This document shows, one piece after another, positions 56,629 through 64,000 of a stretch of DNA of 64,000 bases. The DNA comes from Octopus vulgaris (lineage: Eukaryota). The notes under the pieces were generated by a model. The model did no database searches. It was given only the letters and a program-made list of their open reading frames with translations, and was not told the origin of the DNA. How positions within the stretch are numbered: the first letter of the stretch is position 1; every line of letters begins with the position of its first letter. Location of the stretch: positions 19,530,001-19,594,000 of the forward strand of contig OX597821.1 of NCBI GenBank assembly GCA_951406725.2. Direction: 5' to 3'. The position numbers were made by a program, and so were the translations under genes.

Positions 56629-58214
56629 AAATATGCGCCTTTACATGGTTAATGGTCTTTTAACGAAATCATTGCCTTTTATATGCTTATCATAACATTA
56701 CACCATAAATACTTGTTTATCATCCCTTTCACTTTTATTTTATCTCAACCAATTAGATCCTTCACTGAAATTTAATTTCTCAATTAATCCTTCAGCGAAA
56801 CCTACCTGCATACATTACATTTAAAATTCCCTTCTTGCGAACCCCACTGTTTTTTAACCTGTATAACCATACAATCACGGAAGATTTTAAATGAATATCA
56901 ACCACCTATCAACGACTTCCCCAATAAAAAGATATAAGCTTTGCCCTGGTTCCATCAATTACGTGAAAATACCCATTACATGCTTATAATAGATGTTGAG
57001 TTCATTTCTATGTTCTCAACGTGGAAGTGATGCTATTTTCACGACGAAAAATACAATTGTTTAGTTCAAAGGTGAACATTTCTATGGAATATTAAAATAC
57101 ATTGTTCTCTGCTCAACGATGGAATTCCTAGCTTTTGTTGTTGAAATAATCTCACAATTCAGAATTCATTGATTGCAATTACGGTAACTTTGTCAAGGGG
57201 ACAATATACTATCGCTACTACCATTATATAAACGTATCTCTTTATCTCAGCCGCTGTTTATTTGAATGCGTGAGGTTGTGAGAGTGTATGTATGTATGTA
57301 TGTATGTATGTATGTATGTATTTATACATGAATACATGTATACATGTATGTATACATGCGTACATTTATGTATGTACGCATGTACGCATGTATTCGTAAA
57401 TGCATGTATGTAAGTATAAAGCTATATTAGTCTTCATCTTTTCGTTTCTGATTTTCTCTAACACTCACGTTGATCTACTATCCCTTCAGATTACACATGC
57501 ATATACACACACACTCACACACACACATACATATATATATATACATATATATATATACATATATATATGTGTATATATATATATACATATGTGAACATAT
57601 ATATATATATATATGTGCATAGTTATGTAAGTATGTATATCTGTATATATGTATGTATATGTAAGGCGTAAATAGATATATATTTACGCATATATTTACG
57701 CATATATTTGTATATGTGCGAGTGCATGTGTGTGTAAATATAAACAAATGATAACATAATACATCAATAACCAAATGAGCGTACGCATTATATAGCATAT
57801 ATTACCAAACAATTAAGATAACACAGAGAAACGAAACACGGAACAATTGGAAAACATTAAACGCATGAGCAATACATAACAGGGGACGTTTTGCTCTTCA
57901 TATCGTCTCTTTCAAATCCCTTATCAACTTTACATGAGATAGAGAGACAAAGAGCCGTCTATAAATTTCTTTGATACAAAATATTTCAAGGGAACAAAAT
58001 GAAGTTATAAAGCGGATATTTGTAAATGTTCTTGAACGCAGTTCATTTTATGAAACCGCTTCTAATTGTGACACGTTATCCAGCAATATCTTTGACTCCT
58101 TCATGATGTAACTTGTACTGGTTTATGTATAATTTGTTTTGCTTTGTTCCTATGTGTATATATATATATATTTATATGTGTGTGTTTGATTGTATATGTA
58201 TGTATGTATGCATG

Positions 58215-58278
<64 letters not shown>

Positions 58279-58386
58279 CATATATCTGTCTGCCTGCCTA
58301 TCTGTCTATCTATCTATCTATTAATCTATCTATCTCTTAATTTATTTATCTATCTATCTATAGATAGATAGATACATAGATCGATG

Positions 58387-58558
<172 letters not shown>

Positions 58559-59445
58559 TAGATACAGATGTATGCACACACATAAGGGAAATATCTGTGT
58601 ATGTATGTTTGCATAAATTTATGTACATTAGCGTTAGGCGCAGGCATGGCCACATGAAACTGGGTTCAGAGCCAATGCGTGACACTTTTGGCAGGTGTTA
58701 TACACTATAACCTCAGGTCGACCAAAGACCTATGAGTGTGCGTGTGTGTGTATGTGTGTGTCTGTGTTGGTGTGTGTGTGTGTGTGTGCGTGCGCGTGTG
58801 TGTGTGTGTATGTGCGTGTGTGTGTGTGTGTGTGTGCGTGTGTGTGTGTATGATTAAAGCTGAGGCACCTTGCTAGTTCAGTATAATGTGCACACCCCAT
58901 CAATATTATTTGAATATTAGATATCAAAACTCTGTGTAGAGGTATTTGTACCAAATATTCCTGTCGTGTGTGCAGACAATGCAATCCCTTTAAGTGGATA
59001 TCTGCTCTTGGTAATCAGGCATTTACTTATTATAAAGATACTTTCTGTAATATTTCCGAAGTGCTGATTCCAAGTTAGGTCAACAGAATAGAGATAAATA
59101 ACAAAGATATATACGTGTCAATTCATTACAGGATTTCCAAGCGGCTCGTTTTAATTGTTTAATGAACACATTAAAACAATCTAAAAGAAACAATGTTAGA
59201 CTTGGTTTCCATTATTGATATAAATTTGTTTAAAAACATAGTTTCTTCTTTATGTTTGAAAGTTCATGCGTTCATCTGATGATAACGGTTTCTTTCGAAA
59301 ATGATGTAATATTTCCATTAATCAATTAAATGGAGCAGCTTGAAACGGGCGTAATGAATTGAGACATGCAGATCTTCGTAATATATATATATAAACATGT
59401 ACATAATTCATACATACGTACATACATACATACATATATATACAT

Positions 59446-59513
<68 letters not shown>

Positions 59514-60007
59514 ATGCATATATACGTATGTGTTTGTCACCTACCTCCACTTAACAACCAATGCCGGCGCCTCTACGTCCCCGGAACTTAGCGGCTCGGC
59601 ACAAGATACCAATGCAATAAATACTAGGCTTTAATTTTGTGACCTGGAGACGATTTGTTCGACTAATAAGTCCTTCAAGATGATGCCCTAATGAGGCCGC
59701 AGTCAAACTGAGTAGAACAACTTAAAGACATATATAACAATATGAACGTGGCTGAGTGGTTAGAGTACTGCAATCGTGATCGTAATATTGTGGTTTTGGT
59801 ACATAGATAGGGTGACACGTTTATGTTCTTGAGCAAAACACTGTATTCTATGTTGCTTCAGTCAACACATTTGGCAAAAACTAGTAATCCTGCAACGGAG
59901 CAGCGTCCCATAGAGGAGTAAACGTATACGTCACAAAAACCCGAAACCTGACTGATGAGTCTATATATCTCTAGGGAAGTATCTTATCCTTTGATATACA
60001 TATATAT

Positions 60008-60060
<53 letters not shown>

Positions 60061-60070
60061 TATATATATA

Positions 60071-60660
60071 TCCATCCAGTGTCAAGTTAATCACAGAACT
60101 TGAGGCGATCCAACGAAGCTACACGAAGAAGATAGCCTCTGTGCAGCATATAAGCTACTGGGAAAGACTCATGAGATTAAGCCTCTATTCCTTAGAGCGT
60201 AGGCGAGAAAGATATGCCATAATATACATCTGGAAGATCCTAGAAGGACTTGTCCCAAACTTTAGCATCGAGAGTTACATAAATACTAGAACTGGGCGCC
60301 ACTGCATAGTGCCAAGGACTCCAAATTTGCCATAAAGATGTAGGACAGGATACTGTGATAGCCTGGGCTTCAGAGGCCCACAGCTCTTCAATATCCTCCC
60401 GAAGAACCTGTGAGACCTGCATGGGGTGGATGCAGATGTCTTTAAAAAATAAAACTGGATCTCTTCCTGTCAGGTGTCCCAGATGAGCCAACTTCACGGC
60501 AGAAGGTGCAGATGAGGGCAGCTGCATCGAACTCTCTCATGCACCAAATGGTAATTGCTAAAAAGTATTCGTGAAGTAAAATCATGTAGCAACACCAAAT
60601 GGCGGTGCCCCAGCATGGCCACAGCTCGTGAGCTGAAACTAGATAAAATAAAATAAAATA
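60071..60660 (+). mobile_element. 5'-truncated CR1/L2-group LINE 3' end (relative of the 36761 element)
   Basis: VKLITELEAIQR...YWERL..LSLYSLERRRERYAIIYIWKILEGLVPNF...; tail ggcggtgccccagcatggccacagctcgtgagctgaaac(taaaa)n. Confidence 0.92.
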
Positions 60661-60755
60661 TGCGTACATACGTGTGTTCATGTTTATGTATGTAGCTATT
60701 TAGCTGTGTATGTATGCGTGTATGTATGTATGTACATATATTCATGAATGCATGG

Positions 60756-60802
<47 letters not shown>

Positions 60803-60806
<4 letters not shown>

Positions 60807-61673
60807 GAAATAGAAAGATGAATAATCTTGTTGCAGATTAATCAAAAGTTTAACCGATACCTTGGTAGCAAAAATCACAGCAGAAGACAGCACGGTTGGA
60901 GGTACAACCATATGATGTTGCAACCGTGCGTTGGTGCGGATAATTGAATTTTAATATTATTAGTGAATTGAAGAAATGGAGTTGAACGAAGATTGAACAG
61001 AAATCGTTTTATTGCATTCTACACGTGTTTCGAAAGGCACAATTTACCAAATTCCGAATGAATAATGAGACCATATTGTGTCTTTCTCTTCAGGAAGAAA
61101 TAGGAAATCCGTTGGAATAAACAAAAACAGAACAGAGGCGGAGCAAAACAAATCGAACGAGGCTCCTAAGAGCCCATGGCCAAACTGTTTATCAATGTAT
61201 GTTGAAAACTGGTGGTGGGTGCGTCGAGGATTTTAACGGGTCAGGCAGCGGTCATTCCGGTGGGTGAGGGCACGGAGTGCGTAGATGTTCTTTGAGACCG
61301 AGACTAAAGTTCTGACCTTCAGAACTTTAGTCTCGGTCACAAAGAACATCTACGCACTCCGTGCCCCCACCCACCGGAATGACCGCTGCCTGACCCGTTA
61401 AAATCCTCGACGCACCCACCACCAGTTTTCAACATACATTGATAAACAGTTTGGCCATGGGCTCTTAGGAGCCTCGTTCGATTTGTTTTGCTCCGCCTCT
61501 GTTCTGTTTTTGTTTATTCCAACGGATTTCCTATTTCTTCCTGAAGAGAAAGACACAATATGGTCTCATTATTCATTCGGAATTTGGTAAATTGTGCCTT
61601 TCGAAACACGTGTAGAATGCAATAAAACGATTTCTGTTCAATCTTCGTTCAACTCCATTTCTTCAATTCACTA
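60803..61673 (-). mobile_element. Large fold-back PLE pLTR unit between (TA)n tracts
   Basis: 354-bp arms at 60961-61314 and 61320-61673 with 2 mismatches seen, 5-nt loop, extension 60803-60960, HHR in each arm. Confidence 0.9.
61538..61617 (+). ncRNA. Type I hammerhead ribozyme (mirror copy on the minus strand at 61017-61096)
   Basis: ttc-CTGAAGA-gaaagacacaat...attgtgcctttc-GAAAC-acgt-GTA-gaa: 12-bp stem II with one mismatch and palindromic ACACGTGT stem III. Confidence 0.85.
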
Positions 61674-62059
61674 TATATATATAGATAGATAGATAGATAT
61701 ATTTATGTGCATATGTTTGTGTGTGTGTGTGTCTACGTGTGCGTGTGAATGTGTGTTTATAAATTGTATAACAATGTTCCAGGACATCAAAAAACACAGA
61801 AGCACTGAGAGACACACAATGAATGAAGCACGTGCAAACATACGTTTATGGTTGTCAACGCAAGATTATACAGCTCAGTGCATGGATGGAATACTCCGTG
61901 GCATTTCGTCCCTCTTCTCGTTCTGATTTGCAATCCCGCCCGGGTCGAATTTACCTTCCATGTTTTGGTGGGGGGGGGGGATCTAGTAACTACATGTGAA
62001 ACATTGGGTTGACGAAACTCCATGTCTTTTGCCTCTATAGAAACGCGGTGCCTCTATAT

Positions 62060-62165
62060 TAAAGGCAGTGAACTGGCAGAATTGTTAGCATGTAGGAGAA
62101 AATGCTTCGTTGTATTTCTACAGGGAAAACGTTCTGAGTTCAAATTCCGCCGAGGTCGACTTGCG
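62060..62165 (+). mobile_element. SINE family C 5' fragment
   Basis: ggcagtgaactggcagaattgttagc...gttctgagttcaaattccgccgaggtcgac. Confidence 0.75.
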
Positions 62166-62932
62166 CTTTCCATGTCTTTTACGTTTACCGTAGTGGACAT
62201 GAAAGACATAGAAAGGGCAAACCCCTTCCCTCGAAACTGATGGTCACGTGACAAATTAGAAAACGGTGTTAATTCTTTTGTATATTAGCATCAGGACATT
62301 GTGGATTTCTTACTAGCAGAGCAATATGTGTGTGTGTATGTATTTGTGCGTGTGTGCGTGTGTCTGTGTGCCAGAGACAGTAAGAGAGCGAGAGAAAGAG
62401 ATAGAGAGAGAGAGAGATAAAGAGAGAGAGAGATAAAAAAAAAGAGAGTGATATGGTACGTTTTGTATTAGTTAGGTTTTGATCTCACGACCATAAGAAC
62501 GTTGCTTCGATTTCTGGGTAAGGCCGTGCACATGCGCATTGCATTCAATTTCCCGTTGTTGCAGTTGTCTCGTCTGTAAATGTGCTGGTGCAGCACTTTA
62601 ATTGTTTCACTGGCACCTTTATATTGAGCCATTTGACAAAGTATTCTGACCTTTTGTTTCATACTTACCCTCCAGTTCTTAGCGTAATTTTGTTCCCTTG
62701 CAGTCTGCAGCACTAGTGCCGAAAACACGCATAAAGTAACCAACACACGCAATAAATTGTTGGTATAAGAAAATGTAAGCAGTCCTAGAAACCGTGCCGA
62801 AGTTCACACCGGACCATGAGGCAGTCCTTGTGCGCATTGTATCCTGTCAATCTGCCTAACCCTTGCCAGTAAGAAAGAAGGATATTGAGTAATTGATATC
62901 GATGATGATAAGGATCATCATCATAATATTCT

Positions 62933-62964
<32 letters not shown>

Positions 62965-63473
62965 CGTTTAAATATTTGTTGTGCAAGATTTTTTATGTGA
63001 AATCGTGTGTTGAAACAGATATTGTTGTATTTAAGAATGATCATATTGCCAGTTTAGCCAATAAAAACACACGCACTATATATTTGGTGTTATTTTGCTT
63101 CAGTGTTATTTATTTATTACATTAATCTTAATCTTATTTCGGCCAGAGTTCTTTCGTCACACTCCTGTGTACCGCATCAGTGGTCCTTTGTTTTCTTCTT
63201 TCTTATTTGTGTCTCACCTACTAACCGTCAGCCATTTTGTATTTCAATGTTTTGTATACAAAATGGCTGACGGTTAGTAAGGAGAGACACAAATAAGAAA
63301 GAAGAAAACAAAGGACCACTGATGCGGTCACAGGAGTGTGACGAAAGAACTCTGGCCGAAATAAGATTAAGATTAATGTAATAAATAAATAACACTGAAG
63401 CAAAATAACACCAAATATATAGTGCGTGTGTTTTTATTGGATAAACTGGCAATATGATCATTCCTAAATACAG

Positions 63474-63478
<5 letters not shown>
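62965..63478 (-). mobile_element. Fold-back PLE pLTR unit between (TA)n tracts, with variant HHR in each arm
   Basis: Arms 63020-63242 and 63256-63478, extension 62965-63019; cca-CTGATGCG-gtcaca ggag tgtgac-GAAAG-aa-CTC-tgg at 63316-63355. Confidence 0.85.
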
Positions 63479-63531
<53 letters not shown>

Positions 63532-63554
63532 TATGTATATATATATATATATGC

Positions 63555-63591
<37 letters not shown>

Positions 63592-63592
63592 T

Positions 63593-63866
63593 ATAATAAA
63601 TATTAGGGAATAAATCCAAACTTACAGGGAAAAATCAGATTTAGGATTGAATCCAATTTTATAGTAAAATATTATATATTAAATTAGAGACAAAACCACT
63701 ATTAGGCAAATCATACAATGAAAAACTTAAGCCAATACATAAGATTATTTAATTTATATAATTTAAATATATAACAAAATTATCTAAAAAATATAATTAA
63801 TATAACATTACGATCGTTTCATGGCTGTTAATTTCTTTAAATTTTCGAGGTACAGTCATTCATTCC
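63593..63866 (-). mobile_element. PLE pLTR fragment (unfolded copy of the 54926 family) with HHR truncated in its 5' core
   Basis: Minus strand reads ..ATGA-atgactgt...acagccat-GAAAC-gatc-GTA-atgtta; its 3' part matches 55025-55206. Confidence 0.75.
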
Positions 63867-64000
63867 GAAGAGTTACAATCTGTTGTCACAGAAAATCCAC
63901 CAGTTACTTGTAGAAAACTTGCAGAACAGTTTAACGTAACCCATACATCAGTTCTACGCCAACTGAAAAGGATTGGAAAGGACTTGGAAAATGGGTCCCG
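63867..64000 (+). mobile_element. Mariner transposase HTH fragment
   Basis: EELQSVVTENPPVTCRKLAEQFNVTHTSVLRQLKRIGK...GKWVP (WVP motif). Confidence 0.8.

Noticed and set aside
62468-62752. ORF with a signal-peptide-like N-terminus and a strong minus-strand donor site (gg|gtaagtatg near 62670)
   Set aside because: No ATG start, no recognisable homology and no partner exons identifiable; a small host exon cannot be excluded without RNA-seq.

Overview
AT-rich eukaryotic (animal) repeat-dominated DNA with no confidently identifiable host exon, so probably intronic or intergenic. The SINE families and extreme microsatellite density match what is known for octopod cephalopods (Octopus); this assignment is an inference. 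Contents: three abundant tRNA-derived SINE families, a nearly intact CR1/L2-group LINE (APE+RT, 961 aa), decayed Dong/R4-type RLE LINEs ending in (AAT)n, a Neptune-type Penelope-like element (PLE) GIY-YIG fragment, a decayed hAT transposon, several Tc1/mariner remnants and a Lep1-like Helitron-type element. Most short ORFs in the supplied track are microsatellite translations. The most striking signal is a recurring class of short non-coding inserts embedded in (TA)n tracts. Many carry minimal type I hammerhead ribozyme motifs (about a dozen intact or variant motifs, including U3-A8 covariant and C4 cores), and many are near-perfect fold-back palindromes (arms about 24-354 bp). In the larger ones the hairpin apex is the 5' truncation point and the longer arm runs to the element's 3' end. 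This suggests (TA)n-targeted PLE 3'-end retroposition with cDNA snap-back, which leaves a ribozyme on each strand. Other findings are a locally templated two-donor insertion, a twin-primed SINE inversion with a 20-bp TSD, and a SINE/LINE shared 3' stem-loop with compensatory changes.
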